Of a DNA stretch of 64,000 bases, positions 36,961 through 50,462 are shown one piece after another. The stretch covers positions 26,400,204 through 26,464,203 of the forward strand of contig JASCQW010000160.1 of NCBI GenBank assembly GCA_030264375.1, given 5' to 3'. The stretch comes from Carcharhinus longimanus. Lineage: Eukaryota. The notes under the pieces are model-generated. The model was not told the DNA's origin and searched no databases. It worked only from the letters and a program-made list of their open reading frames with translations. The translations under genes were made by a program, and so were the position numbers. Each line of letters opens with the position of its first letter. Position 1 is the first letter of the stretch.

Positions 36961-39900
36961 ACCTGGTTTGTTTAGATTGTCAGCTTTATTTTTGGGGGAA
37001 ACTAGAATGGCTGAAACGTCAGAATCACTGCTGGCAGTGAGGACTGCTGGTTAAGGTGGAATGCCTTGATGAAGGTGCAGGACCGAGTAATGTGACCAGC
37101 AGTTGGCAGGAGGCACCTTTTGACTGGAGATAGTCCTAATAGTACAAATCAAGCTGGTTTTCCTGCATGGTTTATGAAGAGTCAGGCCACCACCAGATCA
37201 GAAAGATCCTACCCCCTGGCCTACTGAGGTGATGTGTCCAGCATCACTTCTCTCACCTGAGAAACCCACTTCTCTCCATTGTTTCACACTGGATCCTACC
37301 CCCTGGCCCACTGAGCTGATGGATCATCCACACGTTTTCCTATACCTGGCCCCCTTCCTTCACCTGAGAAGACCTCATTTTCATGTCCTGTTAGACTGAG
37401 TGTGCCAGATACTATGCTGGTCACAGCAATGGACACTGGTGCACAGACACCTACCTCCTCAAAAACATCCCACTCAAAGAACAAAGAAAATTACAACACA
37501 GGGACAGGTCCTTCAGCCCTCCAAGCCTGCACCGATCATGCTGCCTGACTTAACTATAATCCTCTATCCTTCCGGGACCATATCCCTCAATTCCTATCCA
37601 ATTCATGTACTTGTCAAGACGTCCCTTAAAAGCCACTCATGAAACAGTTGTATAGAACTCCATGACTGATGGCAGCCTTCTGTCAAGCAGTGAGGACAGC
37701 CAAAGGGATCACGTGCTTGGGGAGCATTTGATACAAAAGAGGCAGTACACAAAAAGAAGATGGCCAATGGCAACACAAGCATGAATGCTCTTGCTGATTT
37801 CACCATTGCTGGGGCGGATGTGCATTCACACTGTGCCCCAACTCTAGCACCAGTTCAGCAACGCCTCCTTTGAATAACTCTTAGTTATTCTCCAGTATTT
37901 GCAGTAACTAGCCCTCTCTAGCTCTATACTGTTCTGTGGTGACGCCAGGGTGGCAGTGAGCAGAAGCGGGACAGTGGACAAGAAGGAAACCTGTTGTCAG
38001 AAACACCAAGTGTTTTGGGCAAATCGGAAGGCAGCTAGCCATCAGAATGTTTGTGAAAGACGTTTGAAATTCTGCCATGGTCCTAGTTTTGCAATTGTGC
38101 GATTGCAACGGGGATATGCTTTTTATGTTTTCCACTGACTTTTCAGGTTTCTTTTCATAACCACAAATATCCTGCAGCAGTCACGTTGACATGCCATTAC
38201 TTACCTTCCTACTGCTCCTCCAATCACAGGCAAGTTCCCAAGCTTGATGCTAATGGGCTCATGAGGTGAGCCATTTCTCTATTACGCCTTGAGATTAATT
38301 TCTACCCTGTAGTTTTTAATCCCACACATTCAGTGGACACCACAGGAAAACACATATGCTTAAAATAAGTGGTTTAGTTAAGTAAGAACATTGAAACACC
38401 CTTGTCTTTAACTTTTTTTCTCTGATGTAGGTGCTGAATGCAATGATTGAGCCCTTCCTGACCTCCCTTGATGGTGTGGGCCTGGTTTCACTTTTCCTGC
38501 TGTAAAGTGTCTTTTACGGCTGGACTACAAGGTAAGACTCCCAGTCTACCTGAGTTCTGTTCACAAATCTCTTCCTGTTCACGTTCCTCGATGGTGTGGC
38601 CCTGGGTCCACTTCACCTGCCGTTGGGTTTTTCACAGTCTCACAGCAGTGCATCGTTCAGCTCCTATGAAGTAGTTTTGTGGTCAGTGTTATGTATAGAA
38701 TTCTGGCGCCAGGTTTGCATTTGGCAAACTTCGTGAACAGGATCAGGTGCTGGGATTGGGGATGAAGTTGGATTTTTGGGAGTGACAAGGCTCCGTGAAG
38801 TTCTGGAATGGTGCTTGTGGCACACGCTCACACTGCAAAGTGTGGTGTCCAGCAGCCGGGTGCCAGATTGGTGAGTGGCACACACCTAATATTTCCTAGG
38901 AATAGACAAGTCATGACATCAGTCAATGATAAACAAACAATAATCTGATGTCGGTGCTGCCATTTTAGCGCACCAGGTTTTAAACTGCATCCTTTCTTGA
39001 CTTTGTTTAAAGTTTATTATTGTCACAAGTATGCTTACCTTAACACTGCAATGAAGTTATTGTGAAAATCCCTCAGTCACCACATTCTGGCATCTGTTCA
39101 GATACACTGAGGGAGAATTTAACGTGGCCATTGCACCAAACCAGCACGTCTTTCAGACTGAGAGGAAACCAGAGCATCCAGAGGAAAAACACACAGACAC
39201 GGGGAGAACGAGCAGACTTCACACAGACAGTGACCCAAGCTGGGAATCGAACCCGGGTCCCTGGTGCTTTGAGCAGTAGTGCTAGCCACTTGCAACCCTT
39301 GCACAGATGGAACAAATTCAATGGCATAAAGGACCTAGTTTGCACCAGTCCTATCTTGCCCTCACCTCTATCACTGTTTAAGATGGCAAAAACTACTTGT
39401 AGCTTATTTCTGCTGGTTGTTGCTGCAATTCAACTAGTTTTGTGCTCTTTCTATGATTGATTAGAATTATCAGATTGTGTAGTGACACCACTTTGTTTGA
39501 AGCTCGAGCCTGTGAACAGTGAAGCCATAATTCTCAATCAATGAGTGTGAGATGATGTCTGGAATTGGATACTATCACGAATCTAGCACACAGGAAAGGA
39601 AGGAGAGACTTGTATGGGAAATTGAGGCGGAAAAGCAGGTCGGGACATTGCTTCAAGTTGGCATAAAGAGGAAGAAAATGCAACGAATGTCATGGCAAAC
39701 TTTCATCTAAAGTTGCAGTCTGCTTTGTGTTTTGGCTGTCAAAGGTTGTTCAAAGGTTTTTGGGAGCATTGACTAACATTGGCAGTTGTGTAAGTGACAA
39801 AACTAGCAATTTTAAAGTTTTTATGTAATCTAATGCTGTTCCGTTTGTTTATTATGGGGAAAAAGATAAAACTAAGATGGAAGGGACTGTATTAGCTGCA

Positions 39901-40809
39901 ACCCTCCCATGGTTTCTTTATTGATGTATGCTTCCTGATGGCTCTGATCAGCAGATTGGGGGCCAACTCAAACCAAATCCTCAATCGCAATCTGATCAAA
40001 CCCCATCAGACTCTAGAGGCCAGTTCTTTCCATTATCTGTTTTCCAAATGGTAAGGTTAAGAAACAAGACTGGGTGGTATTTAATTTCAATCAGTGCTTT
40101 GCTTCAAAGGTAGCTAAAGTATCCAATACCTTCCTTAGCAACTTGTGGGTTGGTAAAGATGCCCCATAGAAGAACTCCATAATTGCTTCCAGAGCATGAA
40201 ATAAGCATATATCATAAAGTGCTATTTCAAATGGGGTCACACTTGGCAGGCAGACAAAGAACAAAGAAAATTACAGCACAGGAACAGGCCCTTCGGCCCT
40301 CCAAGCCTGCATCCACCATGCTGCCCATGTGATCTAAAACCCCCTACCATTCTGGGGACTATTTCTTGCACTGATTAGTTAATACAAAGCATTTAGTCTG
40401 AAGCAAATGGAAAATTCTCTGTCATCACCATAGGGAGAGAAAGAGCACTGAGTCATGCTGAATTGTTGATGTTGATATAAATTTTGGGGCCTAATTGAAT
40501 CTTTCTCAACATAATCTGGTTTTTCCTAAACACATAACTAAGGTGACAAAAGCTCCGAAATAAGGAAAGCTCAACTGAGATTTTCACAAAATGAATTTAT
40601 TAATCTCTCTCAAGAAGGTCAAGTCTTAACTTAAGTGAATGTGAAAATGTGTATTTTTTTTTTAGTAATGGCCACAGAAGTGTCACACATGAAGCAAAGT
40701 ACATTTGCCTTGAGATACTTAACTAATGCTTCTGGCAAGTGCAAATTTCAAAAGCTGTTTTATTGATTTGTTGATGACAATGGGAAGAGTGGCAGAGAAG
40801 TTCCGACTA

Positions 40810-42605
40810 AATTTTTTAAAATTAATATGTTGGACATGGGCATTGTTGGCTGGCCAGCATTTATTGCCCATCCCTAGTTGCCGTTGAGAAGGGGGTGGTG
40901 AGCTTCCTTCTTGAGTTGTTGCAGTCCACGTGCTTTGGGTTGATCCGCAGTGCTGTTAAGGAGAGAATTCCAGGATTTTGATCTAGTGACTGAAGGAACG
41001 GGAAATATTTCCGAGTCAGGACAGTAAGTGGCTTGAAGAGGAACTTGCAGATGGTGGTGTGCCCTGCTATCTTTGACCCTCTAGATGAAAGTGTTCATGG
41101 GTTTGGGAGGTGCTATCTAAGGATCTTTGATGAATTGCCACAGTACACCTTGTGGCTAGTACACACTTGCTACTAAGTGGTGGAGGGAGTGGATGTTTGT
41201 AGATGTGGTGCCAATTAAGTGGGCTGCTTTGTCCTAGATAGTGTCAAGCTGCTTGTTGTTGGAGCTGCACCCATCCAGGCAAGTGGGGCGTATTCCACCA
41301 CACTCCTGATTGTGCCTTTGTGGACAGGTTCTGGAGAGTCAGGAGGTAAGTTACTTGCCACAGTATTCCTAGCCTCTGGCTTGCTGTTTGTAGCCATTGT
41401 TTATGTGGTGAGTCCAGTTGAGTTTCTGGTTAATGGTAACCCAAGGGATGTTGATAGTGGAGGATTTGGTGATGGTTACATCATTGAATGTCAAGGGGCA
41501 GTGGTTAGAGTGTCTTTTATTGGTGATGGTCATTGCCTGGCATTTGTGTGGCACGAATATTACTTGTCAGCCCAAGCCTGGATATTTTCCAGAGCTTATT
41601 GCATTTGAACATGGACTGTTTCAGTATCTGAGGAGTCGCAAATGGTGCTGAACGTTGTGCAATCATCAGTTAGTATCCTTATTTCTGACCTTATGATGGA
41701 GGGAAGGTCATTGATGAAGTAGCTGAAAATTGTTGGGTTTAGGACACTACTCTGAGGGACTCTTGCAGAGATGTCCTGGAGCTGAGATGACTGACCCTCC
41801 ACATCCATCTTCTTATGTAACAAATATGACTCCAACCAGCAGACAGTTTGCCCCCAATACCCATTGATTCCAGTTTTGCATGGGCTCTTTGATGCCATAC
41901 TCGGTCAAATTTGGCCTTGATGTCAAGGACTGTCACTCACCTCATCTATGGAATTCAGCTCTTTTGTCCATGTTTGAACCAAGTCTGTAATGAGGTCAGG
42001 AACTGAGTGACCCTCGTGAAACCAAAACTGGGGGTCACTGACCAGGTTATCGCTCAGCCGGTGCTGCTTGAGAGCACTGTTGACCCTTTCCATCACTTTA
42101 CTGATGATCGAGAGTAGACTGGGTGGTAATTGGCTGCGTTGGATTTGTCCTGCTGTTTGTGTACAGGACATACCTGGGCAATTTTCTACATTGTCGGGGA
42201 GATGCCAGTGCTGTAACCGTACTGGAAGAGCTTGGCTAGAGGAGGGGCAAGTCCTGAAGCACAAGTCTTCAGTACTATTGCTGGAGTGTTATCAGAGTCC
42301 ATTGCCTTTACAGTATCCAGTGCCTCCAACCGTTTTTTGATGTCACTTGAAATGAATTGAATTGGCTGGAGACTGGCATCTGAGATGGTGGGGACCACTG
42401 GAAGAGACCAAGACGGATCACCTACTCAGCATTTCTGGCTGAAAATTGCTGCAAATGCTTCAGCCTTGTCTTTTGCACTGATGTGCTGGACTCCTCCATC
42501 ATTGAGGATGGGGATATTTGTGGAGTCTGCTCCTCCAGTGATTTGTTTAATTGTCCACTACCATTCATGCATGATTGGTTGTGGCAGGACTGCAGAGCTT
42601 GGATC
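40810..42605 (-). mobile_element. CR1-superfamily LINE, 3' ~1.8 kb (RT, degraded)
   Basis: VQTWTKELNS...VTVLDIKAKFDRVWHQ, VPQSSVLNPTIFSYFINDLP; 3' tail aataaatgctggccagcc shared with local SINEs. Confidence 0.85.
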
Positions 42606-43299
42606 TTATTCCTAAGTAACAGTGACATTCCATTTGAAGATTGTAGAGGTCAGGGGTGCCACAGTGCCAGTAACATCTCTGGTCCTTAAAACAACATTTC
42701 AGAGTAATCACAGGAGGAAAAAATCATTATTTACATCTTGGCTTGTGGCTGCCATTCTAGAAATTTGTGCAATGTTGATTCTGCTGATTGCAAAGGGGTA
42801 AATACTTTGGAATGATGTAAATTGTTAGCATTCCCTTCCTCCAGGTCAAAAAGGTGGGGGACTCTCAAGATACATCAACTTCTCAAGATGGCGCATTTCC
42901 TTCCCTAAGTGACATTAGTGAAACAGATGGGCTTTTACAACAATCGCCGATGGTTTCATGGTCATCTTTCCAGATTTTCATTGTGGATTCAAATTTCACC
43001 ATTTGCCAGTGTGGGAACATAACCCAAGACCCCAGGACCTGGGGCTCTGGATTACTAGTCCAGTGACAATATCATTAAGCCAATATTTCTCAAAGACAAA
43101 ACAAATGTCTTGCATTTATAAAGAGCTTTTCACAACCACAGGATGTCTGAAGATGCTACAATGAATGAAAAAGTTCTAAAATATAGTCACTATTTATATT
43201 GTAATGTTGGTTAGTGGGGAATTCTGTTTTGGTGACCAGATTATTTTAAAGTTTTAAAAAGTAACTCTGATTAGTAAATCTCACAAAGGTAAACAAAAC

Positions 43300-43609
43300 T
43301 TTTTTTTTTAAAAAGCACAACAAATTTATTTTCAAAACTAGTTTTGTTATAAAAACACACACAATTCAAAGTACAGAAAACATACAACAGACAAACACAA
43401 TACTTTGGCCAAAGGGGGGTGATGCAACAGCACCTTGAGTTGCCTCCATAGATCTCCACTTCCGTGCCAGAAATTTAATCAATTATACAATTTAGTTATC
43501 TCCAAGCTACCAATCAACAATGTCTCATTTGCTGATACTAGGGGCGCTACTAGTCATTGTGGGTATACCAGCTTTCAAATCTCCTCTATGATAATAGTAC
43601 TGTTGCTGT

Positions 43610-43643
<34 letters not shown>

Positions 43644-44620
43644 GGTGGTCGCCATTACTTTTGGTGTCATGACCTTTCTAACTGTATCCACTTTGTCCTT
43701 CGCTGTCTCCTCCCTTTTGACCAGCAGTTAGCCCTATTATAATCCATTTTACCAGTTGTCACTGTCTCCTGTCTCCCTGGTTTATTTGCACATTCTCTTT
43801 CTAAGTGTGCTCTCTCCCTGCAGATTAAACAACTTTTGCTGTCATAAGGATTGTTTGAAACTTGCTGTTTCGCATGTGTGAGTGCCTTTCCTTCTCTGCA
43901 TCTTTCTTTTGAAATTCTTCAGTTCTCATTGCCCAAGTCAATATCTGTCTATATGTGTCTCCTATCGGTATTCCCATTCTGATTACGTGAATCAGTTCTG
44001 GACTAAATCCATCTACTGGCATTTTGTAAGAATATCCTGTTGTCACAAAATGGATCACCTATCCCACCATTGTCTGTGTAAACCTTGTACTTTCTTTCGG
44101 CATACTCTTTTTACTGTTTCTCCTGTCTGTTTTATTATTGTCACTCTGATCCAGTTTGCAATTCCATCTCTTAATGCGCAATTGTAATTATTGTATTTTG
44201 TGTTATCACTTATTCCCCCTTCAGTAATCCATTCTTGGTCTTTTAATGCATTGGGTAACACGTCCTAAATTGGTTCCGGTAACTTTTCCTTAATAAATAC
44301 ACTCACGTCATCTAATGTTAAGTGATGTCTGCTCCTCACCTCATTCATGTGTTCCCAAAAGGCTGAATTTTTATGATTTTTTTTTAAATGTCCTCAGAGC
44401 GTTGGTTATCATTTGTTTATCAGCTGATGAAAGAGGTATTTCCTCTGCTACTGAAGATCTCTCTCTGCCCCCATGTGATCTTTGTACTTTAGTCCCTACA
44501 GGTACCATCAATCTAAAATTTTTAGATTTTGGTTTTTCTTTGATCACTTTCATTTTTTGTTCTCTCCACCAGATGGCATTCTTATAATTTTTAAATTTCT
44601 AAAATGTGGCACGCCTCTGT
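43300..44620 (-). mobile_element. Degraded retroviral-type gag without pro/pol, followed by AATAAA and an A10 run
   Basis: ANWIRVTIIKQTGETVK(fs)EYAERKYKVY at about 44080-44160 fits the capsid major homology region. CLICRERAH(fs)KREC at about 43789-43831 is a CCHC zinc knuckle. AATAAA at 43325-43330, A-run at 43300-43309. Confidence 0.72.
43613..43640 (+). repeat. (GT)14 microsatellite
   Basis: Direct reading. Confidence 0.95.
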
Positions 44621-44759
44621 AAGAAAGGAAATCTCANNNNNNNNNNNNNNNNNNNNNNNNNNNNNNNNNNNNNNNNNNNNNNNNNNNNNNNNNNNNNNNN
44701 NNNNNNNNNNNNNNNNNNNNNNNNNNNNNNNNNNNNTCTTTAGCTGTTCTCAAGGCGAG

Positions 44760-44920
44760 AGAGAGAGCTGTTCGTGAGCTTAGTTCATATACGTGTGATT
44801 CATTAGTCTTAATCTCATTGGTGTGTTTAAATTGCACTACCAGGCCCTGATTGGTCTTCAGTGGGAATGTGGCTGAGTTTGTCCCTGATTAGTGGTCACC
44901 AGCATCATGACGTCAGAAGT
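44760..44920 (-). promoter_or_regulatory. Pol II promoter-like module upstream of the gag unit
   Basis: CRE TGACGTCA at 44908-44915, CCAAT at 44850-44854 and 44817-44821, TATATGAA at 44784-44791, in canonical order and orientation toward gag. Confidence 0.6.
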
Positions 44921-45501
44921 AGTGGCGTCATGTGGGCCGTGGGGTTGAAAGCGGGAGGTGACGGCAGAGAGGAAAGTCAGGTTCCACCCCCGAGATCAGC
45001 ACCATTCCAGCACAGCTCAGCCCCATCATGGGCTTACTGGTGATTTGTGGAGCAGCTCCTTGCAGAATTATCCACTTCACTTGCCTCTATTTTGAGCAGT
45101 GAGTCCACAGGTCCGATTGTGGCCATCTAAAAACCTATTCTAGAATCTTAATAGTCCACGCTCCTCCATCCTGGCAGAGGGAATGATGTTTAAGGTGGTG
45201 GATGGGGCACTAATCAAGTGAACTTCTTTGTCCTGAATGGTGTTGAACAACTTTAATGTTGAGAGCTGAACTCATCCAGGCAAGTAGAAAGTATTTGATC
45301 TGACCTGTCTTGTGGGTGATAAGATGTTGGGAGGTGAGTTACTTGCTGCAGAATTGCCAGACTCTTACCTACTCTTGCAGCCACTGTATTTATCTAGATG
45401 GTCCAGTTAGTTTCTGGTCAGTGATAACCTCCTCCCAAAGCTGTTGATAGGGGATTCTGTGTTGGGAATGCCCTTGATTGTCAAGGGAAGTTGGTTAGAT
45501 T

Positions 45502-48500
45502 CTTTTTTTCCAAAAATATACTTAAATCCGTGAGACCATTACAAACATTCCAAAATGACCATCACACAAAAAGCAATAGTATTCAGGTTCTTTACATACA
45601 TCAAGTAACATTGAGATGTTTGAGACATTTTACAATGGTCTTACAAATATTGCAAAGTTAATTTAAAGATTGTCCATGTAGAACAAGTTGCGTTCCACTG
45701 TGTTTCAGTACAACTGAGATGCATGTAGTATTCACTGTGTGCATTCAATGAGTCATTCAACCCACAGAGGTTCTGCTCCTCATGGTTCACTGTGGTTGAA
45801 GGGTCTTAGCGACCTTCCCCATTGCACCTCTGCATCAGCTGCTCCAGGCTTTAGTGCGGCCCTCGGCATGTAGTTCTGGGCGTTGGAATGTGCCAGTCTG
45901 CAACACTGAGTCGGGGATGACTCCTTGTACTGGAAGACCACAGGTTTCTGACAGACCAAAAGAATATCTTACTGAGTTGATGATCCTCCAGCAACACCTG
46001 ATGTTTGTCTTGAACAGCCCTTGGAGCACAGAGTCCTGTGCCACAGAGTTGTTTTAAAAACTCTTTCTCCAGATCTTCTTTGCACATTCCGTTAGGAGGT
46101 GGACAACAGTCTCTACCCCACCACAGTCACCTTGAGGGCAACGTGCAGATGGGATGATGCTCCAGGCGTGTAGGAAGGATCTGCTGTGTGGAGGCTTTCT
46201 CACCACCAGCCAAGCTAGGTCTTGGTGCTTATTTGAAAGTTTTGGTGATGAGGCATTCTGCCAGGTGACTCTGACAGTCTGCTCAGGGAACTATCTGACA
46301 GGATGCACCACCTCCTTTTCCCGTAGGCCCCCTAGGACTTTACGTGCAGACCATTGCCTGACAGATTTGCAGTCAAAGGTATTTTTTCCGCGTAAATTTT
46401 TACATGAAGGACAGGTGGTATAACATGGTCCAAGTACTTGGAACATTCCGAGACAGCTTGGCTGACGCATCCTTCACAACACTGGGAACAGGTAGAACCA
46501 AATATGTAGTGATGCATGGTGTTTGCATACCAAGGATCTGTGCACAACTTGATGCGGCCACACACTGAAGTGGCCATCAGCAATAGGGCAATGTATGTTT
46601 TTTGTCCTTTTTGCCCTCTGATGCAGCGGAAAATGGCTCAGGAGATTTCCACAGCATAGGAGTGGGGAATGGGCCAATCTGTACCACATGCAGCAACAGA
46701 ATACCTCACACCTGATGACCAGGTTCTTGCCTGCAGTGGAGAGGGAGTGTCACTCCCACAGCCACAGCTTTTCGTTCATTATAGCTACTCGTTCCCTCCA
46801 GTTTCTAATGCATGCCCTGGTCCCTCCAAACCATGTCCCCAGCACCCTCAGGCCATCTGACTTGGCAGTAAAGGGGACTATGGTTGGTTCATCCAGTTCC
46901 CAAAGGACATGATCTCACTCTTGCCTTGATTTATCTTGACGGCCAAGGCTGATCACAGATGTTGATCAGTCTGCGCACCGACAACAGATCTGAGCAAAAG
47001 ACAGTGAAGTCATCCATGTAAAGGGAGACTTTGACTTGAGTGCCTCCGCTGCCTGGAATTATCGTTCAAATCCTTCCTGATGGACTCAGCAAAAGGTTCT
47101 ATACAATACACAAACTGGAGGGGAGAGAGAGGGCATCCCTGCCTGATGCCAGGTTTGATTGCAAAACTTTCTGATTCCCACCCATTGATTGAAACTGCGT
47201 TACTGATGTTTGCATAGAGCATTTGGATCCAATTGCGGATTCTCTCCCCAAACCCCAATTTTTAGAGCACATCCATCACGTAGGTGTGTGATACTCTATC
47301 TTCTTCTGGTCCAGGCTGATGAGACAGGTGTCCACACCCCAGTCCTGCATGTAGCTTCACGCTACTCAGGGATACGACTGCCTATCAGAGATCTTCCTGC
47401 TGGGACAGAGTAGCTCTGGTCAGGATGCACTACCAACTCCAGAGCAGACCTGACCCATTTGGCGATGACCTTGGACAGAATTTTGTAATCCACATTCAGC
47501 AGTGAAATGGGTCGCCAATTTCTAATTTCTTTTTCCTCCCCATTCCACTTGTAGATAAGGGGAATGATGCCTTTCCTCAAGGATTCTGACATGCTCCTAA
47601 CCAGAAACATACTTTCGTACACTTCCAGCAAGTCTGTGCTGATCTAGCCCCACAGAGCAGAATACAACTCAGCCAGTAAGCTGTTGCTTCTGGGAGTTTT
47701 CTTTTCAAAGGAATCGAGGGCCTTAATCAACTCACTCAGGATTAGTGGTTGTCCAGGCTGTCTCGTTCATTGTCCTGTAAGAGCTTTGATATACAGCAGG
47801 CTAAACTGGGAGGCCGTGCTCTGTGGGCTTCAGTCTGGCATAGAAGGATTTGCTAATCCTCAAAATGTCAGACCGTGCTGACTTTACTGAACCATCTTCT
47901 TCCTCAGGCTACTGATCAGAGGTCTCTCTTGTGTACCTTTTTATAGTGCAGACTGAACCGGATGATGATCTTGGAAGCCTCACCGGCAAAGAGCAAGGCT
48001 TGCTGGCTCTTCACCTCCTTGGAGATCTTACTTGATATCGACCCTCAGCGACTGCAATTAGAGCAGATTTTGCATACTTTTCTGGAGTCGGGACATTTCC
48101 CTCCATCTCGCGCGCTCTCCTTCCGAACATTTACGAGGATGAAAAACCTCCTGATGTCCTCCTTTTGAATCGCCATCACTTTGGTGGGAGGTAACAGAGA
48201 GGTTTCACAGTTCTCCAACCTTTGTAATCCTTCTTCAGTTCCTGGAGGTTCTCTGGGATCAACAGCTTCACATTCAGCTTCCATGTTTCCCTGTTACGTG
48301 GCCAGATTTTACACAGGAATGACAAATGTTGGACCGGCCAGCATAGGTCTCCCCCAATTGCAAAGTTGGAGGGAAGATGGAAGATCACTCCCTGACCGTC
48401 AAACTTAACTGTCATCTTGACCTGACCTTGAATCTGCACTGATGTCTGCCTGTCCAGAATCTCATGGAGTTCCTGATCTCCAAACAATTACCAACCTCAT

Positions 48501-48970
48501 CAATGTACCTGGCAAGAAAAGTGAGTAGGTCTGCAACTGGAAAATAAGAGTTGTAAATGTACACGTACAAACATGGTCTCGTTGAGATGACAGAGTAAAG
48601 AGAAGTTCTGCTTAGTATTTTCAGGTGTAACAAGTCTCTCTTCTCCTCAAACATTTTCGGGAACCTGATGCCAGAACTCGCATCCTTGAAATTCACGTAA
48701 AAAAAATGTCCCTGGTTGTTGACCCGCAGACAGAAGTTTGCAGCTTCAACTCCACAGCTATCCACAAGGACCTTAGCAAGGAGAAATGATCAAAAGGTAC
48801 ATCTCCTTTGCCATCTTTCACTGATCCGAATGGTGTTAACGTACCCTCTACTGTGGGACTTGACTGGTTGCAACCATCACCTCAACAAGCAACTACTGAA
48901 AGCCACCAACACTATGATAAGAGACCGCCACTGGAAGACAACCCATGGAGAGAGGGGTTCTGAAGTAGTC
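45502..48970 (-). mobile_element. Tx1/L1-clade LINE, degraded, with ORF1 and ORF2 remnants
   Basis: RT motifs RNWRPISLLNVDYKILSKV and MGFGERIRNWIQMLY...GIRQGCPLSP; ORF1-like frame at 48412-48765; A-rich 3' end near 45502. Confidence 0.88.
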
Positions 48971-49587
48971 AAACAGACTAAACAGGATATGCTCTGAAGT
49001 TGGTTATAGTTCCTAAGTCCTGCCTGATCATGGTTTCACCCCTTCCAGGGTAGGTTTTCTCTCATTACAGATGGTGGTTGCCTGGTGCCTATGCTCTATA
49101 AATGTTATGTACCACTTAGCAGGACAAGCCTCAACGTTGTCCACGTCTTAACGAATGTGCCTCCAATTTTTTTTTATTCATTCGTGGGACACAGGTGTTG
49201 CTGTCTGACCAGCATTTATTACCTCTCCGTAGTTGCCCTTGAAAATGGTGGGGAGCTATCTTCTTGAGTCACTGCAGTCCATCTGCTCTGTGTTAACCCA
49301 CTGTGCCACAGGGAAGCCATTCCAGGATTTTAACCCAGTGACTGTGAAGGAACAGCAATTTATTTCCAAGTCAGGATTGTGAGTGACTTCTAGATGGAAA
49401 TGGACATACGTTTGCCGGCAGGACAAATGGTATAGAACTTCAAAGGGACATGGACAAGTTGGTAGAATGGACAGACAGGTGGCAGTTCAATACATAAAGA
49501 TACAAGGTGATTAATTTTGGTAGAAAGAACTATTACAACCAGAATGGGAGCAGTGTGTGTATTATCTAGCCCCACTACTCTGCAGGT

Positions 49588-50462
49588 TGTAGCAATAGTT
49601 TAGAAGTCCAATTTACTCAGCAAAATGGCCAATTGTTTACCTTCTCCTCTGGTCCCAAAATAGAAATCTTCAACCAAGTTTTTTCAGTAAACTCAATATG
49701 TTTATTATTAACAAAACTTTAAAAATTACAGGTATTGATTAACACATTGGGAAATATAACTTTCCAAAGAGTTCACCCCCAGCACACACACACAAATAGG
49801 GTCTCTCTGTAGAAATGGACTTTAAAGGATGGTATCATAAACTGAAGGATAAAGTTCACAAACTCTCAATTGTTGTTGACTTAGCCTCCTGTGAAAGGTG
49901 GATATTGGGAATTGTCACCGCTGGTTTCAGCTTTGCAGGTCCAAATGCAGACCAGTTACACTTAGAGGAAGATTCTCTGGCTACCGATTGATAGTTGCAC
50001 ACAATTTTAAGCAGAGAGAGAACCAGTGAGGGGAGCCTCCCTCGGTTTCTTCCCCACAACAACAACTTAATTTGAAAATGAAGTTTTTTTTCTCTCATGT
50101 GACTTCCAACAAGTGGCCTTTCCAGTTTTTTTTCTCTGTCAAACTCATTGTAAAAGTCAGCTAGATCTACCTAAAGGACCATAAAGTTCAGGTAATTTCT
50201 GGGAAGAGGCCTGCTTGTTGACAGTTAAACTTGTGACTTTCTTTAAAGAAAAATCCCTCTGTGCTATATTATTCTAAGTTTTTTTTGATGTACTGTCACA
50301 AAATGGTACCAAGCTATTTCTTAAAGTCGCTTCATTATGTTCCTTCACCTGAAGAATAAAAACAGAAAATTAAAGATGGCATTTTCTGATAAGAATCTCT
50401 CGTGCTGCTGACATTTACCTAATCCTCGCTATGATGCAAATTAAACTGATATAGCCATGACA
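49588..50462. mobile_element. Possible solo LTR
   Basis: TG...CA ends and a minus-strand AATAAA with LTR-like composition; no convincing target-site duplication. Confidence 0.3.

Noticed and set aside
33325-38975. Possible MULE terminal inverted repeats (gctaaaatgg near 33335 versus ccattttagc near 38960)
   Set aside because: Only about 10 bp match exactly, the similarity does not extend cleanly and no TSD was found.
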